A DNA stretch of 64,000 bases, from the NCBI GenBank assembly GCA_023230925.1, contig JALNWK010000005.1:13111-77110 (forward strand). The letters run 5' to 3'. The position numbers were made by a program, and so were the translations under genes. This stretch comes from Limnochordia bacterium. GTDB taxonomy: Bacteria; Bacillota; Limnochordia; DUMW01. Under the pieces are notes generated by a model, which had not been told where the DNA came from, made no database searches, and saw nothing but the letters and a program-made list of their open reading frames with translations. This document shows positions 50,612 to 60,399 of this stretch, one piece after another. Within the stretch, counting starts at the first letter, position 1, and each line of letters begins with the position of its first letter.

Positions 50612-51793
50612 CTAAAAACGGTAATCTACGCTCAAACCACCGCCCCATGATTTCTTAAAAAAGTCGGAACTAGATAAACAAAAGTCAATCTCAACTGGTC
50701 CCACTTTTTTACCAGCTCCAAGCCCAATAACCATACCCTCAAGACTGGTCATTCCCACTTTCATCCTGCCCGTTGTCCCAGAGGGTAAAATTCGCTCAAG
50801 GCCAAGTCGTATATCAACGTTAGCGTTCTTCTCTATTCGACGAACAAACTCCGTGTAGACGGCACCACTTTGACCAGCTCTGGCTACATAGGCCACTCGA
50901 AGTGTAGGCGTGCGAACCTCAATAGATTCATAGTCCTGTATCACTTCCTCCTCTTGTTGCCGGACTCCCTTCCATTCAACCCGTGTATACAAATCATCAA
51001 TAGCAATGCCAAAATCCGATTCCCCTGTTCCGTGGTAAAACGCAGCAACATCGATACCAACACCGCGACCAGACACATTCTCACTGGCATACTTGGACAA
51101 CTCGTATAACCCCATCAGATACCTTTCACCGGCAACTCCTTTCACTCTCCCACCGATGGTAATACGCTGGGTCTGTAACTCGTGAGAGAAGGCGGCAGCA
51201 AAGGTATCCAGATCCGTATACCCGATCTGAATATCAAGACCTGTCATGGAAATCACCGATTCCTGTTGCTTAATATGGGTTAGATTTCGTTGTTCTGAAC
51301 CGGAATAAGCAGTTACCCAGTTCAAATGATAGCGAAAGGGCATCGATACCAAAAGCTTTGCTAGGGTCATCTCATATTCCTCTAGAAAACCGTCTAGGTC
51401 AAAGGTATCCGCCGTCTGCAGATCACCAAGCATAACTAACAGTTCCGAAGCTACTTCCACATTAGTTACTCTTGCAGACAATCCAGTAACCACGACGGGC
51501 CGTATCTCTATGTTTTCTTTATGTAATCTTTGGCGAGGTGGAGGTGGAACGACGTTTAGCTCCCGCACTTCGCCTGTGCGGGGGTCCTTAAATCTTTGAG
51601 ATATTCTGATGATGGGCCTGGGTGTTTCGTTTAAAGTACGTGATGCCGCAGACCACAAGGGTCCACCTGCACTGCCAAGAAATCCCCAAGAGTCTCCTTC
51701 GAGACTCCAGGCACCGGGCCCGAAATCCGCATAGGTGATTTCCGTAATTAGACCGAAAAGAACAAGACAAATTAATGTCCACGTCTTGCGCAT
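50612..51793 (-). CDS. Hypothetical outer-membrane beta-barrel protein
   Basis: Signal peptide MRKTWTLICLVLFGLITEITYA. Alternating hydrophobic beta-strand pattern. The C-terminus ...GGGLSVDYRF has the terminal Phe typical of BAM substrates. Confidence 0.55.
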   Translation of the reverse strand: MRKTWTLICLVLFGLITEITYADFGPGAWSLEGDSWGFLGSAGGPLWSAASRTLNETPRPIIRISQRFKDPRTGEVRELNVVPPPPRQRLHKENIEIRPVVVTGLSARVTNVEVASELLVMLGDLQTADTFDLDGFLEEYEMTLAKLLVSMPFRYHLNWVTAYSGSEQRNLTHIKQQESVISMTGLDIQIGYTDLDTFAAAFSHELQTQRITIGGRVKGVAGERYLMGLYELSKYASENVSGRGVGIDVAAFYHGTGESDFGIAIDDLYTRVEWKGVRQQEEEVIQDYESIEVRTPTLRVAYVARAGQSGAVYTEFVRRIEKNANVDIRLGLERILPSGTTGRMKVGMTSLEGMVIGLGAGKKVGPVEIDFCLSSSDFFKKSWGGGLSVDYRF

Positions 51794-51890
51794 ATAGTGC
51801 CACTCCGTTATGCGTAAAGTGCCGAACCCTGCATTACTTGATTGATCTATTCGTCGTCTATCCTGGTTTTACCTTCTTTAACCGCGTTCT

Positions 51891-53129
51891 TTATGGTGAA
51901 ATAGTATTATAATTAGACGAAACCTCCCGGATATACTGTCCAATCCTTTGTGCTCCACCAGGGCTGCCCATCCTTTTCTTGCCGCACGTAGCCATGCGTC
52001 GATATGTATCAGGATCATCTAGAATGGCCTCTACTTGCTTAGCTACACTAATAGGTGAAGGATCCACTAAGCTCACCGCATCACCTAGTAACTTCTTCTG
52101 GGCCAGGGCAAACTTTCTGGTAAACTGAACACCTTTTCCGGGAAAGGTAATAACAGGCTTGCCCAAACCTGCGGCTTGCTCGTTTGCTGTGCCCGCAAGT
52201 CCAATCACAAGATCACAAGCTCGGAGCAGGCCTCCAAAACATCCCTTCAGGAAAATAACCTCTGACTGATCACCAAGAATGATCTTACCTACCATCCCTG
52301 CGGACTGCTCATCGAATCCAGTCTCCTTGTAATACCAGCGACCATTGTCATATCCTTCTAAGCTAATCAGACTCGTAATCTGTTCAAAGGAGAGGCTCGA
52401 AGCCAAGGGGACAGCAAACTCGTATTGCGTGTCTCTTTGTGCAATTGCATCAACACACGCAAGCAAGTCCCCAAGATTGAGATAGGCATCACCCCTGCTA
52501 CCAGGTAGTAGACAGATCAATGGGGTGGTTGGGGTTTGGGGATAGACGGATCCATCCTGCATGAGCATATCCATCATTAGATTGCCGGCAAAATCAGCTT
52601 CTACACCGTGCCGAACCATGGCATCAGCGGTATATTGATCCCGGGCGTAGACCCTCTGACAATATCGACGCATTAGCTTATACTCCAACTCATAATGCCC
52701 ACTGATGAACTCTGTCTTAGCAGTAGCCACAAAGATCATGGGACGTTGGAGAAACCAACCCCCTAGAAGTACCGGATAGATATCTCCCACACAAACAACA
52801 AAATCTATAAACTCACGTGCCTTCCTTAAGGCGGATATCTGTGCTACAGTAAGCCCTACTAGACCAGCCTTGACGTCTTTCCAAAACTGCTTCAAGCCCA
52901 ATCTTGTAAAGCCGCCAGAGGGCATTTCCGCCCTAGGTCCAATGACCTCAATACCCTGCTTCCGGTAGGCTTCACCTAATCCCACCAAGGGAAGTGCGCA
53001 GATCTGGCTTTGCAGCGACAAGAGTTCCTCGAGAAGGACCGCGGCAATGGCATCCTCCCCGTGACCGTTACTCAAAAACAGAATTCTCTTATGCTGTACC
53101 CTCTCCATGATACTCTCTCTCCCACTCAC
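51891..53129 (-). CDS. LpxB-related GT-B glycosyltransferase (lipid-A-disaccharide synthase-related family)
   Basis: N-terminal ILFLSNGHGEDAIA Gly-rich loop analogous to LpxB AGEPSGD, 412 aa, immediately downstream of msbA. Confidence 0.5.
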   Translation of the reverse strand: MSGRESIMERVQHKRILFLSNGHGEDAIAAVLLEELLSLQSQICALPLVGLGEAYRKQGIEVIGPRAEMPSGGFTRLGLKQFWKDVKAGLVGLTVAQISALRKAREFIDFVVCVGDIYPVLLGGWFLQRPMIFVATAKTEFISGHYELEYKLMRRYCQRVYARDQYTADAMVRHGVEADFAGNLMMDMLMQDGSVYPQTPTTPLICLLPGSRGDAYLNLGDLLACVDAIAQRDTQYEFAVPLASSLSFEQITSLISLEGYDNGRWYYKETGFDEQSAGMVGKIILGDQSEVIFLKGCFGGLLRACDLVIGLAGTANEQAAGLGKPVITFPGKGVQFTRKFALAQKKLLGDAVSLVDPSPISVAKQVEAILDDPDTYRRMATCGKKRMGSPGGAQRIGQYIREVSSNYNTISP

Positions 53130-54851
53130 CTACCCGGCAAACTGAGTGCTATAAAGCCTTCTATAAAGCCCCATGCTGCGCATCAGTTCTTCATGGGAGC
53201 CACTTTCGATAATTCTTCCATCCTCTAAAACAAGGATCCTAGTGGCATTAATAATCGTCGAAAGTCTGTGTGCAATCACAAAGGTCGTCCGTCCTTCCAT
53301 GAGTCGACCCAAGGCTTCCTGTACTAAGCATTCCGACTCGGAATCCAAGGCTGATGTAGCCTCGTCTAGAATTAGGATTTGAGGTTGTTTAAGCAAGGCC
53401 CTCGCAATGGCAATACGTTGTCTTTGTCCCCCAGATAAGCAAAGACCCCGCTCTCCCACGTGGGTCTCATATCCTTCTGGAAAGCTTGTGATAAACCCGT
53501 GGGCGTTGGCCGCCTTAGCGGCGTCCTGGATCTCCTGCAATGAGGCGTCTGGCTTACCGTAGGCAATATTCTCCAAAACGGTACCCGAAAACAGAACCGT
53601 ATCCTGAGGGACTATCCCTACTTGACGACGAAGCCACTTTAGACCTAGGGTTCGCAGGTCTTGCCCATCCAAGAGAATGACACCTGCACAAGGATCATAA
53701 AACCGCGGTATAAGATTTACTAAGGTGGTCTTTCCTGCTCCACTAGGTCCCACCAAGGCAGTCACATCCCCAGGCGCAACACAGAAGTCAACATCCTTCA
53801 AGACCAGCTCCTGTTCATTGTAGCTGAAGCTAACACGTTCAAACTGTACATGACCTTCAACCTTTGGTAGCGTGACTGGGTTCTTAACCTCAAGGATACT
53901 TGAGGAAGTATCCAACACTTCAAAAATCCTCGCTGCAGCTCCAAGGCTCTGTTGAAACAAATTGTTTGTTCGGACCAATGTATTGATCGGCCCCGACGCC
54001 ATGGCAATATACGTCAGAAACGCTACTAATTCACCAGGGGTCAGATTACCTTGGAGTACCTCTCTGCCGCCGTACCAGATTAAGACAAGCATTCCGCTGA
54101 CTAACATCAGCTCAACAATGGGAACTACGCTGGCCATCAGCCGCACAGCCTTCATACTAGCTTGGAAGCTCTGCTCGTTGCCCTTCCTAAAGCGCTTTTT
54201 CTCTTCTTCCTCCATGGCAAATCCCTTCACAACCTTAATTCCAGTCAAGGTCTCCTGGGCCATGCCTCCGATATCCGCCACCTTATCTTGCACCGTCCGG
54301 GAATACTGGCGGATCCGTTTGCCGTAGGCACCAACTGCTGCTGCAATCAGGGGAAAGAGAGCCAGCGTAAATAGCGACAACTGCCAATGCAAGTAAAAAG
54401 CAAGGGCTAACACGCCCACAAGCATGGCGGCATTGTGCAATAGATCACTTAGCCCGACGCTAAGAACGTTCTGAAGCAGAGTAACATCATTGGTTACCCG
54501 GGCAATGAGTTCACCACTGCGGTGTTTCTCATGGTATGCTAAGGGTAAATCCTGTAGCTTATTGTATACCTGCTGCCTAATATCCATCGTTGCCCTATGA
54601 CCGCAATAGGAGAACATCCAGTACTGCAGATAGTAAAACACACCCATAACTGCATAGATGCCGATCCCCATGAGCATCACTCGACTAAGCAAACCCAGAT
54701 CCTGGTGCATAATCAGCACCTGATCCACCAGTTGTGTACCAACTTGTAAAGGCAAAACTGATTTAGCCCCCACCGAAATCAAGCTACTGATGCTTCCTAA
54801 AAGTAGGTACGGCCAGTATGGGGTAAGATAAGTAAGAAGTCGACGGCCCAA
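53130..54851 (-). CDS. msbA: Lipid A/LPS flippase-type ABC exporter (MsbA-like; fused TMD and NBD)
   Basis: A 6-TM exporter domain is followed by an NBD with Walker A GPSGAGKTT and signature LSGGQRQRIAIARAL, 573 aa. Confidence 0.8.
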   Translation of the reverse strand: MGRRLLTYLTPYWPYLLLGSISSLISVGAKSVLPLQVGTQLVDQVLIMHQDLGLLSRVMLMGIGIYAVMGVFYYLQYWMFSYCGHRATMDIRQQVYNKLQDLPLAYHEKHRSGELIARVTNDVTLLQNVLSVGLSDLLHNAAMLVGVLALAFYLHWQLSLFTLALFPLIAAAVGAYGKRIRQYSRTVQDKVADIGGMAQETLTGIKVVKGFAMEEEEKKRFRKGNEQSFQASMKAVRLMASVVPIVELMLVSGMLVLIWYGGREVLQGNLTPGELVAFLTYIAMASGPINTLVRTNNLFQQSLGAAARIFEVLDTSSSILEVKNPVTLPKVEGHVQFERVSFSYNEQELVLKDVDFCVAPGDVTALVGPSGAGKTTLVNLIPRFYDPCAGVILLDGQDLRTLGLKWLRRQVGIVPQDTVLFSGTVLENIAYGKPDASLQEIQDAAKAANAHGFITSFPEGYETHVGERGLCLSGGQRQRIAIARALLKQPQILILDEATSALDSESECLVQEALGRLMEGRTTFVIAHRLSTIINATRILVLEDGRIIESGSHEELMRSMGLYRRLYSTQFAG

Positions 54852-56099
54852 TCAACTCATCCCCTTCAATCCATATTGCTCAATTAGTAAATCCACAATA
54901 ACAGAAGCAGTATCCCTGGTCGGGGCAATCGCTGCAAGCTGCTCCCGCATCTTCTCGAGTTGTGCTGAATTTTCTAGTATATTCTGCACACAACATACCA
55001 CATCTTCAGCCCTTAAGCTACCCTTGCACTCAGGCATAATCTCGCAATCCACCCATCTATTGGGTAAGGCCAGATAGGGATTTCTCTGTAAGTAAGCTCT
55101 TATAGCCAGCTCTTTAATTAATGGCCCCATCAAAGGCACCTTCCCAATCCACTGAATCAGCCCGGGCATGGGAATAATCTCCGGCCGATTTAAGGGCACA
55201 ACAACAACCGTAGGCACATGAAGATAGCCCAGTTCCGCTGTATTCGTGCCGGGAATTGTAAGAGCAAGGTTGGTCCTTCTCATCATACCATATCTTTGTC
55301 CCCAGACCGCTTTAACTAGCCGTCCTTGCTCCGTAGTCAGAGACCAAATTCTTTGGCTGTCCCCGGATTCTTTTTTCTCCAGACATGTAGCCGTACTTCC
55401 GCCAAGAATCGACGATCTGTTTGAGGTAGCCTCTGCAAATAGCTCTTCGTCAATGAAGGGTGACATAACCATGACAAACTGCGCGTTTATACCCTTAAGC
55501 AACTCCACCACTTCGAAGAAAAAGGGGACTAAGTGGCGCACCTGCCAGGGACGACTCCCTGGAAAAAGACTGATCACAATATCCTCTTCACCAAGATCAA
55601 GTCGCTCAGACAATTCCCTATCGTCTTGGTAGTGATTCACCGCAGAAGCCATCAAGTTACCAACCATATTCACGTTACGATGTCCCCGGGATGTAAGCTT
55701 TTCTGCAACTTCGTCATCCGATGCAAAATAGGCATCAAAACTCAAGCGTCCTGCCATCCGCTCAATGTACATCGCAGCCGGATACCCCAGCCGTCGCGCC
55801 AGTTTCACAGCATAGGCCGGATCACCACCGAGGAATAAGACCACGCCACGGGCCGTAAAACTAGCTGGCCGTTTTCTTACCAAAAGCCCTAGAGCTTGAT
55901 CAGGACCTATAACCTGAGCCACGTGGGGCAAGTTCTTCACGATCTCCACTTCGGCACCACTAGCAAAAGGACATGGAGGAATAACCACACAGACTGGAGC
56001 CTCAGGAAGCCTAGACTCCAATCGGAGCAGCACCGGGAATAACCAAGCGGAGACTTCACCGGGACTGTTAACCGTAATCACAATTGTGGGTTGGCTCAT
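54852..56099 (-). CDS. Second LpxB-like (GT19-like) paralog of unknown specificity
   Basis: N-terminal VITVNSPGEVSA loop. The C-terminal half aligns with the authentic LpxB C-terminus: GTNTAELGYLHVPTVVVVPL / LALPNRWVDCEIMPE against GTATLEAALFQVPMVTMYRL / VALPNIIAGKCIVPE. Confidence 0.5.
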   Translation of the reverse strand: MSQPTIVITVNSPGEVSAWLFPVLLRLESRLPEAPVCVVIPPCPFASGAEVEIVKNLPHVAQVIGPDQALGLLVRKRPASFTARGVVLFLGGDPAYAVKLARRLGYPAAMYIERMAGRLSFDAYFASDDEVAEKLTSRGHRNVNMVGNLMASAVNHYQDDRELSERLDLGEEDIVISLFPGSRPWQVRHLVPFFFEVVELLKGINAQFVMVMSPFIDEELFAEATSNRSSILGGSTATCLEKKESGDSQRIWSLTTEQGRLVKAVWGQRYGMMRRTNLALTIPGTNTAELGYLHVPTVVVVPLNRPEIIPMPGLIQWIGKVPLMGPLIKELAIRAYLQRNPYLALPNRWVDCEIMPECKGSLRAEDVVCCVQNILENSAQLEKMREQLAAIAPTRDTASVIVDLLIEQYGLKGMS

Positions 56100-57250
56100 C
56101 AGGTACTACACCTCGCCCCAGCTGCCAGGTTCAGCACCACATCCGCACAACGCTCTACAGCTCCAGGGGGACCTAGTAATTCCCGGACTCGGCGTAGTTC
56201 ATGGATTTGACGCTCTCGTTTTGCTCCCTGTAACAATTGGACCGCCTCATGGGCAATATTTGGAGCCGTTACATCATGCTGAATCAATTCTGGGACGATG
56301 CATTTACCAGCAATAATGTTCGGCAGGGCTACATGGGGAATTTGTACGAGTATCTTGGCGATATGGTATGTGATCCTAGACAAACGATACATGGTAACCA
56401 TGGGCACCTGAAACAAAGCAGCCTCTAAAGTGGCAGTCCCACAGCTAATTAATGCTAAGTCCGCTACCGATAACAGATCATATTGGTACCCATGCACCAA
56501 CCGCAGGTTCAGACCACACCCCTTATTGGCAACAAACCCTCGGATTAGCGCATCATCAATACTAGCTGCCACCGGAACTAGGTATTGTACTGGTCTTAAG
56601 GAATTTGCCTGGATTAACCGCGCGGCTTCGAGCATGATTCCAAAGAGGGACTCAACTTCTTGCTGCCTACTGCCGGGCATTAGAGCAATCTGTAAAGCAT
56701 CTGGGTCAATGTTCAAGAAGCGGTAGACTTCCTCCCTGCCCATGGAAGGGTGTGCAGCATCTAATAGGGGATGTCCCACGTATTCCACATTGGCTCCAGC
56801 TTCTTGATAAACCGAAGCCTCAAAGGGGAACACCGAAGCAACCAGATCGATCAGTCCTGCTACTTTCTTGGCGCGTCCCCGACGCCAAGCCCAGGCCGAA
56901 GGACTAAAATAGTATACACTAGGTACTCCCATATCCTTGGCTGTCTTGGCCAACCTCATATTAAACCCTGGAAAGTCTATAAACACAATTGCGTCGGGGC
57001 GTTCTTCTTTGAGCTTTCCGGCCGTTCTATGGAGCAGCTTCAGAAGAAACCTAAAATGGCTAACTACCTCAGCGAAGCCAATGAAACTCATCGATGTAGG
57101 ATCCTCGAACAACTCCACTCCTGAGCTAGCCATTAACGGACCACCCAGACCAAAAAGGTAAACATGTGGGTTTTTCTTTCTAATTGCTACAGCCAGCTTC
57201 GAACCGTGGAGATCACCCGACGGCTCACCGGCGGCTAACATAATCTTCAT
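56099..57250 (-). CDS. lpxB: Lipid-A-disaccharide synthase
   Basis: MKIMLAAGEPSGDLHGSKLA, the canonical LpxB N-terminus, 383 aa. Confidence 0.9.
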   Translation of the reverse strand: MKIMLAAGEPSGDLHGSKLAVAIRKKNPHVYLFGLGGPLMASSGVELFEDPTSMSFIGFAEVVSHFRFLLKLLHRTAGKLKEERPDAIVFIDFPGFNMRLAKTAKDMGVPSVYYFSPSAWAWRRGRAKKVAGLIDLVASVFPFEASVYQEAGANVEYVGHPLLDAAHPSMGREEVYRFLNIDPDALQIALMPGSRQQEVESLFGIMLEAARLIQANSLRPVQYLVPVAASIDDALIRGFVANKGCGLNLRLVHGYQYDLLSVADLALISCGTATLEAALFQVPMVTMYRLSRITYHIAKILVQIPHVALPNIIAGKCIVPELIQHDVTAPNIAHEAVQLLQGAKRERQIHELRRVRELLGPPGAVERCADVVLNLAAGARCST

Positions 57251-57282
57251 TATCTATAGATACAGTGCCACCTCTCCGTCCA

Positions 57283-58098
57283 TCATGGAATACATACAAT
57301 GGCGATGTTTGCTTTTTCGGCAGTCCCTAGAATCTTTTCGCGCTCTAGCAGCAATGTCCCCGACGCGAACACCAAAGCAGTTAACTTAGCTGCGGCCATG
57401 GTAGCAAGTGTCTGGGGCCCAATACACGGGATATCAAAACGCTGGTCTTGGTTTTTGCGCTTCATCTTTACCAAAACCCCACCCCCACCGGTAAGGGCTG
57501 CAGCCCGATTAATCGTCGCATCGGTTTGCTCCATCGCCTCCACTGCCACCACTGCAGTATCCTTAGCGATTACGGTCTGACCAATATCTAGGTCGGTTAG
57601 CACACCTGCTGCCCTTAGCGCTATCTCAATATCTCTTTCCTCCCGAACGGTCGGCTCCCTGACCCACTGTCCAGGCTCACATACTAACGCACCTACTAGT
57701 TCAGTCTGCGCTCCCACGGTAAACCCTTCTTGTTCTAGGTCTGCCGTCAATCCGTATAGAATTTGGGAATCGCTTAAAGTGGGCAAAGAGGCAAGCAAAG
57801 AAGCAAGGCGTTCATCTGGAATTCCACCACTAATGAAAAGAACTTCCTTCTTTACCTCTCCTAAGAAATATATGTTTGACACACGGTGTGTGTGTAAAAC
57901 CTCAATAACCTTACCCCACTGCATCGGGCTTAGCTCATAAATCTGATTGGTGTAATCCCTAAACCGCTGCCCCTGTTGGGTGAGATCTATTACCGTCAAG
58001 TCATATCCGGATTCGGTAGCAAATCTCGCTCCCACTTCAGGCAGTAGCCCTGAACCTGCAATCAAACCAATACGCAATTTAGTTCCTTCTTCCATCAT
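57283..58098 (-). CDS. lpxI: UDP-2,3-diacylglucosamine diphosphatase, LpxI type (DUF1009)
   Basis: LRIGLIAGSGLLP N-terminus, about 270 aa, located between lpxA and lpxB. Confidence 0.75.
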   Translation of the reverse strand: MMEEGTKLRIGLIAGSGLLPEVGARFATESGYDLTVIDLTQQGQRFRDYTNQIYELSPMQWGKVIEVLHTHRVSNIYFLGEVKKEVLFISGGIPDERLASLLASLPTLSDSQILYGLTADLEQEGFTVGAQTELVGALVCEPGQWVREPTVREERDIEIALRAAGVLTDLDIGQTVIAKDTAVVAVEAMEQTDATINRAAALTGGGGVLVKMKRKNQDQRFDIPCIGPQTLATMAAAKLTALVFASGTLLLEREKILGTAEKANIAIVCIP

Positions 58099-58135
58099 CT
58101 AGCATTTCTTGGCGACGTCTAGCCATCCTTTTCCT

Positions 58136-58960
58136 CTAACCGCAGATACCCCGCTGGCTGCCCCGCAAGAACCGAAGCAAGTGATCGATCTCTGGAACGC
58201 CAGTCAGCTCCTGCTCCATCTGTTCAATCGCTTGGGTTACATTCAGATTAGAACGATACAATATCTTAAAGGCATGCTTAATCTGAGCGCGCACTTCAGG
58301 AATAATACCATTCCTGCGCAGTCCCACAATGTTTATTCCATAGACCTTCGCCGGATTCCCATCCACCATGAAAAAAGGAGGAACATCCATGGTAACCATA
58401 CTATGGGCTCCAAGCATAGCCATTTTTCCAATCTTCGTAAACTGATGTACTCCCGAAAGCCCACCAATTACAGCGGAGTCCTCTATTATAACATGACCAC
58501 CAATACCCGTTCCGTGGGAAATGATCACGTTATTGCCAATTTGACAGTCATGGGCCACATGGACATAGGACATAATCAAATTATGGTTACCTAGGCGGGT
58601 CTCACCACCGCCATCTTGAGTACCCACACTAATAGTCGCATATTCCCGTATGATATTTCCGTCACCGATGAACAGATAGCTTTTCTCCCCTTTGTATTTT
58701 AGATCCTGGGGCTCATTTCCGACCACTGCACCGGCATAAATGCGGTTGTTGGCTCCGATTCTTGTCCACCCTTCAATCACACAATGGGGACCAATGATCG
58801 TATTATCGCCAATCTCAACATTATCGCCTACGATAGCATAGGGTCCGATCTCTACATTCTTGCCTAGTACAGCTCTGGGGGACACAATCGCAGTTTGATG
58901 TATCTTCCGATGAATGTGTACCACATTACCACTTTTTACTTGCCTAGCTTGTTCTTCCAC
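58136..58960 (-). CDS. lpxA: UDP-N-acetylglucosamine O-acyltransferase
   Basis: Left-handed beta-helix hexapeptide repeats and near-colinear similarity to E. coli LpxA, including the C-terminal KHAFKILYRS helix. The start is probably downstream of the listed ATG. Confidence 0.9.
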   Translation of the reverse strand: MEEQARQVKSGNVVHIHRKIHQTAIVSPRAVLGKNVEIGPYAIVGDNVEIGDNTIIGPHCVIEGWTRIGANNRIYAGAVVGNEPQDLKYKGEKSYLFIGDGNIIREYATISVGTQDGGGETRLGNHNLIMSYVHVAHDCQIGNNVIISHGTGIGGHVIIEDSAVIGGLSGVHQFTKIGKMAMLGAHSMVTMDVPPFFMVDGNPAKVYGINIVGLRRNGIIPEVRAQIKHAFKILYRSNLNVTQAIEQMEQELTGVPEIDHLLRFLRGSQRGICG

Positions 58961-58973
58961 AGTCTCGCCACCC

Positions 58974-59399
58974 TTATTCTTCAGAAGCCATCATGAAAAG
59001 CAGCTCTGCCTCCGCGGCCAAGTCGCCATCCACATAAGCTTTCCCTTGGATCTTGGCCACTTTTCTACGGGCCTGCAGTACTTCGACTTCCAAGATTAAC
59101 TGATCACCAGGCCCCACCACTCTACGGAACTTAGCTTTGTCCACACCGGCGAAAAGCGGTACAACATTGGCGTCTTCAGGCAATACCACTACGCCTGCGG
59201 CTTGAGCCATAGCCTCTAAGATCAATACCCCAGGCATGATTGGATTACCAGGATAATGGCCTTGAAAATGGGCCTCATTCATGGTCACATTCTTCAGTGC
59301 CTTCGCTCTTCGGCCCGGCTCTAGTTCCACAATGCGATCTACCAACAAAAAAGGGTAACGATGGGGTATCTTGTCCATTATTTGACGTATATCAAGCAA
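58974..59399 (-). CDS. fabZ: 3-hydroxyacyl-ACP dehydratase
   Basis: [17 protein letters not shown]...[16 protein letters not shown] hot-dog fold signature. Confidence 0.9.
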   Translation of the reverse strand: MLDIRQIMDKIPHRYPFLLVDRIVELEPGRRAKALKNVTMNEAHFQGHYPGNPIMPGVLILEAMAQAAGVVVLPEDANVVPLFAGVDKAKFRRVVGPGDQLILEVEVLQARRKVAKIQGKAYVDGDLAAEAELLFMMASEE

Positions 59400-59447
59400 C
59401 CATATTCCTCCTAGTCCTGGATACTACAAGGCAAACAACGGCCTTGC

Positions 59448-60284
59448 CTATGCTAAACACAAGTTGCTGCGCATTTGCTTAGCAAGAGAGATATTCAACC
59501 GATGTCCGGATTTGATCGCAATAATATGGGCGGAGACCTGACCTAACAGACTCATATCGCCAATAATATCCAAAACCTTATGCCGCACGATCTCATTAGA
59601 AAACCGTAATTCATTCACATAACGGTCTTCGCCCACAACCACTGCCACATTCAAACTACCACCCATGGCCAACCCCGCCTCTTGCATTTTCGCAATTTCG
59701 TGAGCGAATCCAACGGTTCGTGCCGGAGCTATCTCACTACGAAAACTGCCTTTCCCCAAGGTGTACTCCATGAATTGGTTACCCACTACCGGGTGGTCGG
59801 AAACAAAGGAGTAACTGATTCGCAATTCCGGATAGGGCAGGGCAACCATATGGGAATCTCCGCTGGATACCCAACAAGGTTTTTCCAGCGTAAAACGTCG
59901 ACCCGGTTCATTATAGACGATTGTCCCAGCAGATTCAATCAATTCACAAAAAAGGGCAGCAGAACCATCTGCGATGGGTACTTCTTCCCCATCTATATCA
60001 ATCTGGGCATTATCGATCCCAGAGGCTTGCAAAGCCGCAAGCAAGTGTTCTACGGTCTTTACATAAACCCCCTCCCCACCGAGGGTGGTGCATCTGTTGG
60101 TTTCCATCACATTGTCAACAACCGCCTGGATCAGGGGCTGACCCGGTAAATCAACTCGACATAATATATATCCGGTATTTGGTCCTGCTGGTTTAATCGT
60201 AATAGTTGTCGATTGGCCTGTATGTATACCTGTTCCGGTATACGATATTTCCCTACCAATCGTTGTTTGCAGGGAGGACATCAA
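59448..60284 (-). CDS. lpxC: UDP-3-O-acyl-N-acetylglucosamine deacetylase
   Basis: QTTIGREISYTGTGIHTG N-terminus, 278 aa, first gene of the lpxC-fabZ-lpxA block. Confidence 0.9.
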   Translation of the reverse strand: MMSSLQTTIGREISYTGTGIHTGQSTTITIKPAGPNTGYILCRVDLPGQPLIQAVVDNVMETNRCTTLGGEGVYVKTVEHLLAALQASGIDNAQIDIDGEEVPIADGSAALFCELIESAGTIVYNEPGRRFTLEKPCWVSSGDSHMVALPYPELRISYSFVSDHPVVGNQFMEYTLGKGSFRSEIAPARTVGFAHEIAKMQEAGLAMGGSLNVAVVVGEDRYVNELRFSNEIVRHKVLDIIGDMSLLGQVSAHIIAIKSGHRLNISLAKQMRSNLCLA

Positions 60285-60399
60285 CGGTCGCCTCTCTATC
60301 TATTGCTTATCTCCATTAGTACCTTTACAAAAGGCAGCAAAACAACCAATGAATCTTATTAGCAATTTCGCCATTACCCAAGTAATTCCTGCTTAGTTC

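Noticed and set aside
54852-56099. Calling this ORF Kdo transferase (waaA/kdtA) on length (415 aa) and position
   Set aside because: The C-terminal half aligns more convincingly with the adjacent genuine LpxB than with anything recalled of WaaA motifs. It is therefore kept as an LpxB-like paralog of unknown specificity.
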